DNA of 63,067 nucleotides, counting the filler. It is 5 parts of 5 records of this genome, joined end to end, with 100 filler letters (N's around TTAATTAATTAA, not from the genome) between each part and the next. Parts side by side here need not be neighbours in the genome. Positions count along the whole stretch, not along the records: positions 27,309 to 35,447 come from SRR31156797_11968; positions 35,548 to 45,393 come from SRR31156797_11970; 3 more parts are not named here. One strand, written 5' to 3'. The position numbers were made by a program, and so were the translations under genes. Each line of letters begins with the position of its first letter. The stretch's first letter is position 1. Shown here in pieces: positions 33,722 through 44,329 of this stretch. A model generated the notes under the pieces. The model saw only the letters and a program-made list of their open reading frames with translations. It searched no databases and was not told where the DNA came from.

Positions 33722-34524
33722 TTATTTTTCGGGTATTAATAATCCTTTTTTAACTGCCAGCTCCAGCAATTCATCAATTTGTTCTTGCTGTTCTTTTACC
33801 GATTCAACTAAAACTGGTATCAACCCAACATAGTCTACATATAAATAACCGTCGTTGTCTTGTTGTATAAGTTCAGGAAATAGTTCTTGCATTTCTTGTG
33901 CCACAAAACCTAACCTCGTCCTATCGTTGTATACAGAACTGCTTAGCAATGCTAAATCACTTTGTTCTTTCTCGGTTAAATTATCCTTTTCTTTCGTATT
34001 TATTTTCTTTTCATTTTTCAGGTTATAACTTATACCTTTTAATAGTTTTAATTTATCGAGCTTTTTGCCTAATGGTTTTATATTTTCCTTAAAACGTGAA
34101 TCGGAACTTAATAGTACTCCTTTGGCATAAACATCGGTTTCAAAGCTAAATCTGTCGGGTTGGGAAATATCCCATTTCCCGATTATATCACCGTAATCAT
34201 AACCTTGTCCGTAGGTTAAATAAACACCTTTTTCCCATGTAGTTGTAGTTTGTCAGAGTCCCAGTTTGTGCCTAATTCACCAATAAATACATTTGAGCCA
34301 CCAGTAACAACGCTACCATAATCGCCAAATCCGAGTTTGCCATTGGCCAGATATTGTCCGTATGATCCATATATTTGCATTGATAAATCGTTGTTAGGAT
34401 CGTCTCCGGCTATATTACCGAAAACTTTTACCTGCCCGTCGCTATTAACCTGAATTTGAGCCTGACTAGTAAATGAAGATATAAATAATAGAAAGATAAG
34501 TATTTGAAATAAATTATTTTTCAT
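33722..34524 (-). pseudogene. S74 chaperone-domain (tail-fibre-like) protein, split by a single frameshift
   Basis: Adding one A to the A5 run at 34229-34233 joins the two ORF-track pieces into a full paralog of 34545-35381 (SDSRFKENI...GFVAQE...VDYVGLIPVLVESVKEQQ). Confidence 0.85.
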
Positions 34525-34544
34525 GATTTTGTATTTTAATATGT

Positions 34545-35381
34545 TTATATTTTTTGTATTTGTATGAATTTCTTTAAAACTGCGATTTGAGATTGTTGTT
34601 CTTTAATAGATTCTACCAATACAGGAATTAAACCAATGTAATCGACATGTAAATAACCGTTTGAATCTTCTTCAACCAAATCTGGAAATATTATTTGAAT
34701 CTCATCCGCTAAGAATCCAATTCGCTCTCGGTTTAAATTTTTCATTTTTTCTTTTGTAGTTGAAAGAAGAGCTAGATCATTTTGCCCCTTTTCCGTTTCA
34801 GAAGATAAATTATAGGATTGAGATACACCTGTTTTTTCATTTTTTAAATTATAGGTAATTCCCCTAATCTGTTTTAGTTTAGTGGCTGAACCTATAATGG
34901 GCTGAATGTTTTCTTTAAACCTTTCATCGGAATTTAGAATTATTCCATTGGCATAAACATCGGTATCAAAATAAAATTTTGGAACTTCAGTTAAAACATT
35001 ATTAATTACTTCCCAGTCAACTACAGCTTTTCCGATTATATCATTATAATCGTAACCCTGACTGTAGGTAAGATGTATTCCATTTGAACCACAAAGTTCA
35101 AGTTGATCAGAATCAACACTAGTTCCAAGTTCGCCAACATAAACTTTCTTAGCATTAAATACTGTGGAGCCTAGACCGTAAGCACCAAATCCTAATTTTC
35201 CGTTGGCTAGATAACTTCCGTAGGAACCATAAATTTGCATAGCCAAATCTAAATTTGGGTCATCAGTAGTTCTGTCACCAAAAATTTTTACTCGATTGTC
35301 TTCGTACACCTTAATTTGGGAATACCCCTCGAAAGAAAATACGATGAAAACCGCAGTAATGTAAAATAAAATAGTTTTCAT
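34545..35381 (-). CDS. Tail-fibre-like protein with peptidase S74 intramolecular chaperone domain
   Basis: Signal peptide; SDERFKENI, GFLADE, VDYIGLIPVLVESIKEQQ. Confidence 0.88.
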   Translation of the reverse strand: MKTILFYITAVFIVFSFEGYSQIKVYEDNRVKIFGDRTTDDPNLDLAMQIYGSYGSYLANGKLGFGAYGLGSTVFNAKKVYVGELGTSVDSDQLELCGSNGIHLTYSQGYDYNDIIGKAVVDWEVINNVLTEVPKFYFDTDVYANGIILNSDERFKENIQPIIGSATKLKQIRGITYNLKNEKTGVSQSYNLSSETEKGQNDLALLSTTKEKMKNLNRERIGFLADEIQIIFPDLVEEDSNGYLHVDYIGLIPVLVESIKEQQSQIAVLKKFIQIQKI

Positions 35382-35447
35382 ATTTTTTCGTTTTATGGAG
35401 CAGTAAGCTGTAACTTCCTGCTCCCAATTAATAAAACATCATTTGCA

Positions 35448-35547
35448 NNNNNNNNNNNNNNNNNNNNNNNNNNNNNNNNNNNNNNNNNNNNTTAATTAAT
35501 TAANNNNNNNNNNNNNNNNNNNNNNNNNNNNNNNNNNNNNNNNNNNN
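35448..35547. other. Artificial contig spacer
   Basis: N run + TTAATTAATTAA; GC content jumps sharply. Confidence 0.98.
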
Positions 35548-36306
35548 ATATCGGTTCAGCAGGGGCTCGCACGCGCTAGCCAGTTCACCCATTCCCTTGC
35601 TCTCGACCAGTCCGCCGATGTAAATAGCCGTGATGTTATCGGGCGGCCAGCCCAGTTGCCGGCGGACGGATGCCTTGTCAGCAGCGGGGACGAACGCATT
35701 GGCGTCCCTGCTCAAATAGACACAGAGCGGTTCGTGCCGGCATTTTCCTGTCTCGGCAAGCTTCCTGCAGATCGATTGGCTGACGCCAACGGGCAGATCT
35801 ACGCGCTCCAGTGTCTCGCACAATCTCTTGGACAGGACGTCCATGCGCTCGGGGTAGACCATCACGTCGCTCCCGACGGCTAGGCTTGCCACGGGCAGGC
35901 CCAGCTTGGCGCCGATGACGACGGCGGCCTCAGCGTCCGGTAACATCGAGACTCCCAGCACCAGGTCATAGGGATTCTCTCGATGCCATTGCTTGGCCAT
36001 ACCCAGGGCACCGAGCGCCAGCGACTTGCCTTCAAAGCGGCGAAAGCCAAAACCCGGAGGCCGCAGGTAGCTGATCCGGCGGGCCGTCAGTCCATCGGGC
36101 GGAGCCAGCGGATTGGCCGGCCCATAGTCCTGCCAGCGTCGGGCGTGATAGAGCGGCCATGGGGTCCAGGGCCGGCCTACCAGGAATTCGCACTCGATTC
36201 CGTGTGCGCGGAGATATTGTGCCTCGCGGCACATGAACACTCCATGCCGCTCGGACCGGACGGATGGGAACATGTGACTAATCGTCAAGATACGCAAGTT
36301 CTTCAT
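35548..36306 (-). CDS. GT4-family glycosyltransferase (TuaC-like), 3' truncated
   Basis: ISHMFPS, GSDV, IYIGGLVESKG; start ATG 36306 after GAGGAGG. Confidence 0.85.
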
Positions 36307-37723
36307 CCACCTCCTCGGCACCATCCTCCTCATCCGCCTCGGCGCGCCAGCAACTGAACCGCTCGGCTGCCAGCACGAAGGCCAGGAACACCCAGTAGTA
36401 TTTGGCCGAGAGTTGTTTGATGTTGAGACCCATCACCAGAAGAAACGTCAGCACGGCCCGCGCGTAGATCTTCTCCAGCGTTAGAGGCATGCGTTTGACG
36501 GTCAGCATCAGCAGAACCACCAGCGCGGCAAACAGGATTGCGCCGGGGATGCCGTAAACGCCGAGTGAGAAGAAGAAATCATTGTGCGGCCAGATCAGGC
36601 TGCCCGTCCGCTCGAACCAGCTATAGTAACCGGCGCCGGCCGGACGCTCGGCGGCGGAACTGACGGCCTTCTTGATCGGCTGCATTCTGAAGTCGATCGC
36701 CTGTTTGGCGCGACCGACGTCGGTCAGACGCGAGGCGACGGAACTGTCAAGGCCGCGCTGTTTGATCAGAAAGCCCACCGAAACTGAGGCTAGCAGGATC
36801 GTCAGGAGGAGCAGAACCGCCAGGGTTGGACGGCGCAGAACCTGCCTGACGAACAGCAAAGGCGATAGCATGGTAAACGCCAAGGCGACGAGGCCGCCCC
36901 GCGACCCGATTTTCAGCATCATAATCGGCAGAAAGAGGATCGCGATGAGATATACGGCGCGCCACAGGAGGCTCTTGTCGCGTGCGAAGAGGTAGATCGC
37001 CGAGAGAAAGGCCAGCGCCGTCAGGGCGGCCAGCATGTTGGCATCGATGGCGCTGCCCAGAGTCGCGGCGTAGCGCGTGTCGCGCGTCTCCTGCATCGCG
37101 CGGATCGCGGCCCCGGTCTTAAAGGCCAGGACCGTCGTGCCCACCATACCGATGACATAGGAGCGCAACGCCCACAGAAACGTCCGTTCGTGATTCGTTT
37201 CGAGAATCCAGTACACGATTAGAACGAGCACGACCAGTTGGAACTGCGTGAACGATCGCACAAGTTCCAGCTTCAGATAAGGTTGCGGCAGCGATGCCAG
37301 AAAGATCCAGACGCTCAGCGCCGCCGCGATCCAGAGGGCCTTGTGCCTTATACGGATTCCCGGGCGAGTCAGCATGGCATTGATCAGGAAGCTGATCGCC
37401 AAGGCCAGACCCACCCCGCGGTCGAGGCTGAACGCCTGGCGAAAGCCGATCCCGGCGCCGGTCGGCAGGACCAGCATGAGGATGCAGAGGGCGAACGTCG
37501 GCTTGACGAGCATGCCGATAAAAGTCGGCACGGCGATAACGGCAGCCCCGGCGATGGGGTTCTTCGCCAGAAAGACGACCCCGAAGCCGACGGCGCAGAG
37601 CAGCAGCCACAGTGCCACGAGCAGTGTGTTCACCGCGGGCGGAAGTTGAATGTCCGAGGTCCGCTCCGCGGGTTCGTAGAGCAAACCACCGTTGTCGAGT
37701 TCATCGATGTAGGTTGCGTACAT
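36278..37723 (-). CDS. O-antigen ligase/polymerase (Wzy-like) family protein
   Basis: Multi-TM protein; DANML, GSRGG, PHN motifs. Confidence 0.85.
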   Translation of the reverse strand: MYATYIDELDNGGLLYEPAERTSDIQLPPAVNTLLVALWLLLCAVGFGVVFLAKNPIAGAAVIAVPTFIGMLVKPTFALCILMLVLPTGAGIGFRQAFSLDRGVGLALAISFLINAMLTRPGIRIRHKALWIAAALSVWIFLASLPQPYLKLELVRSFTQFQLVVLVLIVYWILETNHERTFLWALRSYVIGMVGTTVLAFKTGAAIRAMQETRDTRYAATLGSAIDANMLAALTALAFLSAIYLFARDKSLLWRAVYLIAILFLPIMMLKIGSRGGLVALAFTMLSPLLFVRQVLRRPTLAVLLLLTILLASVSVGFLIKQRGLDSSVASRLTDVGRAKQAIDFRMQPIKKAVSSAAERPAGAGYYSWFERTGSLIWPHNDFFFSLGVYGIPGAILFAALVVLLMLTVKRMPLTLEKIYARAVLTFLLVMGLNIKQLSAKYYWVFLAFVLAAERFSCWRAEADEEDGAEEVDEELAYLDD

Positions 37724-37786
37724 TGGGTGCGCGGTGCCATGGACACCGCCGGTGTTATCGGTCTGTGTGGCTCGCTCAAACGGAGA

Positions 37787-39070
37787 CTAGGCGGAGCCGG
37801 TCGCCTTTCTATTCTTTCGTTTCAAAAGGCGGGTGGCCTGAAAGAGCCGGCGGAGAATCGGCCGGTTGCCCGAGAGGGCGTAGCGCGCGAGGTAGAATTT
37901 GATCATGTCTGTGTAATCGCTCCGAATTGGCTTCAGGAGCTTCTGCCGGTAGGTAGGAACGCTTTTGCCGGTCCAGCGAAAGAGGGCCATTCTGGCCCTG
38001 AGCTTTCGTTTCTTGAAGATGGCATGGCTCTGCGAGGCGGCCAGTTCCTCGGGCTCCAGGTCTGATAACACGACGTACTCGTCGGCCGCGGCCGCCTCCA
38101 GCAGTTCCTCCCCTTCGGCTGTCCTGGTCAGGGCAAAGGAACTGCCCTGCTTGTCGGAGCCCATCACATCGGGAAGCCACGCATCACCACACGACAGATC
38201 GCTCAGCTCACCGAGCATGTCGCTGCAGAGCGTGCAGCGCCGCAGGGAATAGGGCCCGAGTTGCTTGTAGTAGTCTTTGAGGGGGACGGTCGTCTCCGTT
38301 CCGTCTTGTTGTCGAATTCGCATCGTGCCGGGCCAGCCCCGGCCGCGGTACTGTAACAGATCCACCGATTGGGGCGCGATGCCCAGCCCGCGCAGGACGG
38401 CTTGGGTCCCTCGGAAGCTGTAATCGATACTGCAGGCGATGCTGATGTGGTAGCGAATTCGAGCTTTCAATTTCGGAATATGCTGCTCGGCCTTGCGGAT
38501 CCCCTGAATGTGACAGGGAAGGCCCACGACGGCAAACCGGCCCTCGGAGTTGAGGATCTTGTGCAAGGCGGCCCCCGCGGGTACGGGGCAGTATTTTGAC
38601 TGCGCCGCTGAGACGATCTCTTCGGCCGTTCGTGCGATGAAGGGCCTGGGTTCCAGCGGCTTGTTCGGGTGCATCGCCGTGACCAGGGCGCCGTCGATCA
38701 GCTTGTGCTCCAGCGCGAAAACCAGCAGTGCCGTCACCAGGCCCCCCGAGGCGCCGTCGTAGCGCGTGTCCTTGTCGGCGGCGTGACCGATATAGCTGCC
38801 CAGATACTTGCCTAACGCGATGTCTTCGGGAATGTTTCCCATGAGCGTGCTGCCAAGCCCTTCGAAATCCACGTTGTGCCCGGGGCAGCCATCGACGCAC
38901 AGGCCGCATTGGGTGCACTTGGCCTTGTCGATCCGGGGGATGTAAAGGCCGCGTTTGCGATCGATGATCATCGTCAACGCATCGTGGGGGCAGATTCCTG
39001 CGCACGTGCCACAGCCGGTGCAGAGGCCCCGTTTGACCACCCGGCGAATCGTGGAGCGCTTGCGCGTCAT
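37787..39070 (-). CDS. Coenzyme F420 hydrogenase/dehydrogenase beta-subunit (FrhB)-like protein with two 4Fe-4S clusters
   Basis: CTGCGTC..ICP, CTQCGLC..GCP, SGGLVT, SKY, VGLPCHI, YRG.GWPG, C..C.D, GDAW; start ATG 39070. Confidence 0.9.
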   Translation of the reverse strand: MTRKRSTIRRVVKRGLCTGCGTCAGICPHDALTMIIDRKRGLYIPRIDKAKCTQCGLCVDGCPGHNVDFEGLGSTLMGNIPEDIALGKYLGSYIGHAADKDTRYDGASGGLVTALLVFALEHKLIDGALVTAMHPNKPLEPRPFIARTAEEIVSAAQSKYCPVPAGAALHKILNSEGRFAVVGLPCHIQGIRKAEQHIPKLKARIRYHISIACSIDYSFRGTQAVLRGLGIAPQSVDLLQYRGRGWPGTMRIRQQDGTETTVPLKDYYKQLGPYSLRRCTLCSDMLGELSDLSCGDAWLPDVMGSDKQGSSFALTRTAEGEELLEAAAADEYVVLSDLEPEELAASQSHAIFKKRKLRARMALFRWTGKSVPTYRQKLLKPIRSDYTDMIKFYLARYALSGNRPILRRLFQATRLLKRKNRKATGSA

Positions 39071-40371
39071 TGGTTGGGATGGCGCTCCGGAACGTTTTTG
39101 ATCAGACGCACGATCTGGCGCAGTTGTTTCGACAAGTCCCGGCTCACCTGGCTCAGCCCCTCCCGGATGGAGGCGCGCGACTCGAGAAGTTCGAGGGCCC
39201 GGCGCGCGGCGGCTCGTTCGTTCCTGACGTCCATGTCCACAATCTGGTGTTGGCATTGGCACATCTCTCCGATAATGCCATGTGTTCTCGTGTCCCGGCG
39301 GTTCGTCAGCGCCATGAAGGGCGTTCCCACCGACACACTGCCGATCAGCGAGTGCGTCCGTTCTCCTACGACGAAATCGCACGCACAGATGATACCCTTG
39401 AGAAGGCGGGGTCCGCAATCTTCTTCGAGGATCAGAGTGTCATTTGGTCCGGATTTCATGTGCTCGGTCACGTGTCGAGCCGCGACGATGTCGCTACCCT
39501 CGTCCTCCACCGAATGGGGCAGAAACACCAAAAAGACGCCTCTATCGGCCACCAGAGTGTCGAGAATCGTCGCGACGTATCCGGCATGGGCCTGGCACTT
39601 TTCCTGGCCCTGCAAATCGGGCCGGAACCCGGCATACACCCGGCCCCTCTCGAGTACCGTCACGGCGACGATCGGCCGGCTGGCGTATCGCGCCCGGCAG
39701 TAGGACTCGTGTTGCCCGAGGATTTGCGCGGCCTCGTCGGCCGAGACGGGTTCCATGGCGAAAGCTGGGTCCGGGCCAACGATCAGCTTTTCGGGGTCGC
39801 GGCACACCTGTTTCATGCTCTCGCAGGAGTGGTGTTCCCGGAACACACAGAAATCGCTCGCCTCCAACGCCTCGCGGTACAGGGCGGCCTTATAGAAGCG
39901 CCCGACCCCGATTCCCGTGCTGGCGCCGAGGATACCGGTGCGTTTGCCATGCCTCTTGGCCAACTGGATGATCCCACAGGACTCCACGCAGAAGACGCCG
40001 TCGTGTCCGACGAGCACGTATTCGGCACGATCGAAGAAATCCTGGAGAGCCCGGCATTTCGCGTCCCCTGCCTTCGTGAAGTTCTTGAGCCTTGAATAGA
40101 TGCCCAGTCGCAACTGTGACGCGATCGTGACCTGCGTCAGCACCCGACGCCAGGGCGACAAGCCGGCGTTGCCCTCAAAGCGAAAGACCCAGTCTTTCGG
40201 GAAGATCGTGATATTGCCCTTTTGGGTGACCGCGCTGACGTTGCCAAAGAGCCCCAGGGCGACGGGTCTGCCTCCAGAGAGCATATCCTCGATTCCGCGC
40301 ACGATCGCTTCTTCGCCCTTGTTGGCGATGGGCACGTAATCGGCCACGAGGATGTAGAGTGCATTGTTCAT
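39067..40371 (-). CDS. Polysaccharide pyruvyl transferase family protein
   Basis: NKGEEAI, FRE..S, PDPAF, GERTHSLI. Confidence 0.85.
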   Translation of the reverse strand: MNNALYILVADYVPIANKGEEAIVRGIEDMLSGGRPVALGLFGNVSAVTQKGNITIFPKDWVFRFEGNAGLSPWRRVLTQVTIASQLRLGIYSRLKNFTKAGDAKCRALQDFFDRAEYVLVGHDGVFCVESCGIIQLAKRHGKRTGILGASTGIGVGRFYKAALYREALEASDFCVFREHHSCESMKQVCRDPEKLIVGPDPAFAMEPVSADEAAQILGQHESYCRARYASRPIVAVTVLERGRVYAGFRPDLQGQEKCQAHAGYVATILDTLVADRGVFLVFLPHSVEDEGSDIVAARHVTEHMKSGPNDTLILEEDCGPRLLKGIICACDFVVGERTHSLIGSVSVGTPFMALTNRRDTRTHGIIGEMCQCQHQIVDMDVRNERAAARRALELLESRASIREGLSQVSRDLSKQLRQIVRLIKNVPERHPNQ

Positions 40372-40380
40372 TAGAGTCAG

Positions 40381-41964
40381 CTAAATGAGCGGGACCTCGT
40401 CCGTCTCGAGTTTTGGCGCGCTGGGACTGCGTCGGAGGACTTGGAGCAACCGCCGGCGCTCGACAGGCTGCAAGCTCAGGAACCAGCCGCAGACACTCGT
40501 CATAGTGGCTGTGGCAGCGAGCACGGCCAGCAGCTCGAGCCACGAATCCGGTGGAGCCAGCAGCTTCCACGCCATCATCAGCACCACCGCCGGCAGGCTG
40601 CCGAGCAGCGCGGGCCACCATACCCGTGAGATGCTCTGCCGTAGGGTGATGTTCATCTTGCGATTGAAGTAGAAGGGAAGAACCAAACCGGAGACCAGTC
40701 CCACGGGCACCGCGTTGCACCAGGCGATGCCCTCCAGGCCCCAGCCGAGGAATTTCACGGTCAGGACGGAACTACAGACGCACACGATGGCGGTCACCGC
40801 CGTTAGCAATCCAAACACTCTGTGCTCTCCCCGGCCCACGAGGACCAGAAAGTTGCTGTGCTGGGTCAAACGCAGACAGTGCCCCACCGTCAGGATGGTC
40901 AGCACCACGGCCAGGGAGCCAACCACGGCAGGGTCTGAGAATTTCGATCCGACCCAGACGGTCAGGAACTCGCGGCCCAGCAGCACCAGGAAGCAGGCGG
41001 CCGGAACGATCACCAACAGGCTGTATTTCTGAGTCAAGAACGCGATCTCCTGTACGCGCGAGTGGTCGTCCCGGGCATCCAAATCGCTGACGGCCGGTTT
41101 GATCGCCGCGGTGAACGCCTGGAGGAATTGCGATAGCAGCAAGACACCGGCCGTGGCGACGGCAAATCGGCTGATCTGCGACGTGCCCAGGAAGATGCCG
41201 ATGATTAAGTCACTGGCCTTATACATGACCAGCGCTCCCATCGCATACATGAAGGTGTTCATGCCGTAGAAGAGCATCTCCTTGAGTAGCGTCATGTCGA
41301 TGCCGTGCAGTGAGAGCGAGACACCGGGCAGCAGGCGCCGTACGAAGGCGTACAACAGAGCTCGCGTACCGATCTCGCTGATGCCAAAGACCAACCCCAT
41401 CGCCAGCAAACCGTAGCCACGCAACAGCAGGACCACGACCAGCGCAGTTCGGGTGACAAGGACCGCCAGCGTCACGATACCGATGATGTCGTAGCGCTGG
41501 AGGCCGCTCAGTACGGCGCCGGTGAGCTGGAATGGGCTGGAGATCGCAAAGCACAAGCCCGTGACCAGCACGAGCTGCCCCGCCGTTTCGACCAGGTCCG
41601 GCTCCACGGCGAACCAATCGCCCACCTTCGCATAGACCAGGAGGCTCAAGAGTGCGACCAGGACCGCGAGCACGGAGAAGAAGAAGAGCGCCGTGCTGAT
41701 CACCTTCCCGACGCCTTCCCGGTCGTCTTTGGCCAGGCAGACGGGGATGTGCCGGTTGATGGCGCTGTTGAGCCCCATGCTCAGGATTCCGCGATAGCGA
41801 AAGAGCGAGCCGATCAACACCCATACGCCGTAGCGGGCCTCCCCGAGCCGGCCCAGGAAGAACCGGATCAGAAAGAAGCCGATCACCGCGTTACTCATCA
41901 ACGCCGCAACGTTGAAGAACGTGTTGTGGATCAGCCGTTTCGATGTTGTCACTGGTGCTGTCAT
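40381..41964 (-). CDS. Wzx-type oligosaccharide flippase
   Basis: About 14 TM helices; LG.ARYGVW; start ATG 41964. Confidence 0.88.
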   Translation of the reverse strand: MTAPVTTSKRLIHNTFFNVAALMSNAVIGFFLIRFFLGRLGEARYGVWVLIGSLFRYRGILSMGLNSAINRHIPVCLAKDDREGVGKVISTALFFFSVLAVLVALLSLLVYAKVGDWFAVEPDLVETAGQLVLVTGLCFAISSPFQLTGAVLSGLQRYDIIGIVTLAVLVTRTALVVVLLLRGYGLLAMGLVFGISEIGTRALLYAFVRRLLPGVSLSLHGIDMTLLKEMLFYGMNTFMYAMGALVMYKASDLIIGIFLGTSQISRFAVATAGVLLLSQFLQAFTAAIKPAVSDLDARDDHSRVQEIAFLTQKYSLLVIVPAACFLVLLGREFLTVWVGSKFSDPAVVGSLAVVLTILTVGHCLRLTQHSNFLVLVGRGEHRVFGLLTAVTAIVCVCSSVLTVKFLGWGLEGIAWCNAVPVGLVSGLVLPFYFNRKMNITLRQSISRVWWPALLGSLPAVVLMMAWKLLAPPDSWLELLAVLAATATMTSVCGWFLSLQPVERRRLLQVLRRSPSAPKLETDEVPLI

Positions 41965-42772
41965 GGTTGTCCTGAGTCTGGTCCTCGTGCTTCCGGCACG
42001 ATGCGGCGCTCTTGTGCGCCACGCAAAAGATATTGGCTGTATGAAAACGTCGTGCGTCCCACGCCATGGATTTCCGGATACCCGCGTGCAGCGGCCCCAA
42101 CCGGCGGGCGAGCAGATCCGCCATCTTGAGCACGCGCGTGAAATAGCCGGTGCCGTCAAACGATACCGTGTCGAATCCGCACGCGTCCAAGAACGCGGCC
42201 AGCTGAGCGGGGCGATAGTGGTCGTGCCACCGTTTCACGGCCGAGACGTCGCCGATGAGCCCGTCCGGATTGGCCGCATAGCGCTTTTCGTACGCCTCTG
42301 GCGAACACGTCCGGCAGTAATACCAGCGGTGCAAGCGCGGAAATCGAAATTTCAGATTGCCCATGTCCAGAAAGGAGAAGAGATGGCGCCCGGGAACGGT
42401 GACGATCAGCGTGCCGTCGTCCTGCAGAACGCGATGCAACTCACCTAGCAAGGCCCCCTGCTCGGCCACGTGCTCCAGCACATCCATCAGCGTGATAGAT
42501 GAAAACAGTTTGTCAGGGAATGGTAGCGGCGTCGTCTCCGTGATATGGAAGATCTCGATCCCGCCGGACCCCAGATGGGCCTGTCTGACGGTCTCACGCC
42601 CCACGTCCACGCCGACCAGGCACTTGATGCCCTTGTGCTTCAGGCTCTTCAGAAAGCGTCCGTCCCCGCATCCGAAATCCAGATGGGCCGTACTCCGGGC
42701 AGGCACCTGTTGCCAGGCGAAACCGTAACGGTCGTATCCATACGGATTGTCTATATCGAGTGTGATATACAT
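41891..42772 (-). CDS. Class I SAM-dependent methyltransferase
   Basis: HLDFGCGDG, DVLEHV, LIVTVP; start ATG 42772. Confidence 0.85.
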   Translation of the reverse strand: MYITLDIDNPYGYDRYGFAWQQVPARSTAHLDFGCGDGRFLKSLKHKGIKCLVGVDVGRETVRQAHLGSGGIEIFHITETTPLPFPDKLFSSITLMDVLEHVAEQGALLGELHRVLQDDGTLIVTVPGRHLFSFLDMGNLKFRFPRLHRWYYCRTCSPEAYEKRYAANPDGLIGDVSAVKRWHDHYRPAQLAAFLDACGFDTVSFDGTGYFTRVLKMADLLARRLGPLHAGIRKSMAWDARRFHTANIFCVAHKSAASCRKHEDQTQDNHDSTSDNIETADPQHVLQRCGVDE

Positions 42773-42783
42773 TTCCTGAGATC

Positions 42784-44301
42784 TCAGCCGGCCGAAGCAG
42801 ACGGCCCAATTACCCGCCAGAGCAAGCCGCTCCGAGCGAGATCGTACGCGCCGAGCACGAAAGGTGGGCAATAGCCGGGCCGAGGCGAGGTCACATAGAC
42901 CGGACGATCACCAATGAGTTGCCTAAACGCGTCCTCGCCGTAGTGTGGCGCACCTTCGCTGCGAACCAGTCCCGTGATGATCCATACGTCCGGACGCTGG
43001 CCCTGGACCTCTTGGACGTATAGCAGGGGCGCGACCGTGGTGGTATCGGCGTAAATAACGGCATCGGCAGGTACCATTTCCAGCGCCTCCCGCGCAAAAC
43101 GTTCAGCCCCTGCATAGCCCGTCTTCCAGGGTCGCAGGAAATAGGTCATGTCGTCTCGGTAGGGAACATCGCCGCGCGTTGTCAGGGCCAGGTTCGTTCG
43201 CGCCGCGACGGCAGGAGCCGCGGCGTAGACCGCCATGGGAAGCAGGGCCAAGCTCGCGACGAGGACCGGGAACGCCCTGTGCCGGACGCGCTGCTGCATC
43301 GCATGCGCTCCCAACCCGACTACCAGGGAGGCGATCGCATAAGACGGGATGAAGAAGGCGTAGCGATCCGAGACGGTGTAGCGGAAGGCGAAGACAAAGA
43401 ACAGCACCATCAACGCCACGACGAGATGGCGAAATACGGCGTTCGATCGCTCCCGGCACAACGCGACCACACCGGCCAGGAAAAGCAGCGCATTGGGCGT
43501 CGGGAAGTTGAACAGAAGAAACGATATGTTCTCTTTGACAATCTGCCAGGACAGGCTGGTGTTGAGCACAGCGCTCTGCCAGCGGTCGCCAAAGGCGGCC
43601 GACGCCAGCGTGGCGAGTATGTCTCCGCTTTGGATCATCTGTTTGACGACCAGGTATTCGTAAGGCAGCGCACCGACCACCCAGCAAAGCGCGGCCAGAG
43701 CCGCATGTCTCCAGCCGATCGCCTTTCTGCCCAGCAAGACGACGGTCAAGACGGCATAGCACGCGGCCGGGACGACGGCCAGCATATGCACGGCTAGAGC
43801 CAGGCCGTTGAGCAGGCCGAGAATGTAAAAGTAGCCGATGCGCCGGGTTTGGCTGTATCGGAGCAGCACGATCAATTCGCCCAGAAACAGCGCCGTCCAC
43901 AGCGTATACGTTTCGGCAATGCTCGCGTGCCGCCAAAAGGTGTGGGACACAGCCAATGTCAGCGCGGCAATGAGGGCCGGGAAGTGCTGGCCCAGCCAGA
44001 GCCGCACCAAAATATACAGATTCGCGACGGCCACAGCGCCCGTGAGCGCGGAGACCAGATTGACCCGGTGCGCGAAGGCTCCGAGTGGGAGCAATTTGGC
44101 CCCGATGGCGATGATATAATACAGGGGATGAGAGATCGCCAATCCCAGGAAGCCCTCTACGTCATGGTGCCAGACGCGATACTGGATCAACCCGCTGTCT
44201 TGCCAAAGGGCTCCCGGCGCGCAACTGATCGTATACAGCGTGCCGGCTGCGACCAGCACGGCCAGATAGGCGAACCACAAGCGAGGCCGTGAGTTTTGCA
44301 T
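42784..44301 (-). CDS. DUF2723 / TMEM260-like GT-C glycosyltransferase (protein O-mannosyltransferase-like)
   Basis: WQDSG, HPLY, RVNLVSA, FWRHASIAETY; multi-TM. Confidence 0.8.
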   Translation of the reverse strand: MQNSRPRLWFAYLAVLVAAGTLYTISCAPGALWQDSGLIQYRVWHHDVEGFLGLAISHPLYYIIAIGAKLLPLGAFAHRVNLVSALTGAVAVANLYILVRLWLGQHFPALIAALTLAVSHTFWRHASIAETYTLWTALFLGELIVLLRYSQTRRIGYFYILGLLNGLALAVHMLAVVPAACYAVLTVVLLGRKAIGWRHAALAALCWVVGALPYEYLVVKQMIQSGDILATLASAAFGDRWQSAVLNTSLSWQIVKENISFLLFNFPTPNALLFLAGVVALCRERSNAVFRHLVVALMVLFFVFAFRYTVSDRYAFFIPSYAIASLVVGLGAHAMQQRVRHRAFPVLVASLALLPMAVYAAAPAVAARTNLALTTRGDVPYRDDMTYFLRPWKTGYAGAERFAREALEMVPADAVIYADTTTVAPLLYVQEVQGQRPDVWIITGLVRSEGAPHYGEDAFRQLIGDRPVYVTSPRPGYCPPFVLGAYDLARSGLLWRVIGPSASAG

Positions 44302-44329
44302 GGAAATGAGTTGCTGGAGATTCGGTCGG

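Noticed and set aside
41891-41964. 74-bp overlap of methyltransferase tail with flippase start
   Set aside because: Most simply a run-on C-terminal tail; no sign of recoding.
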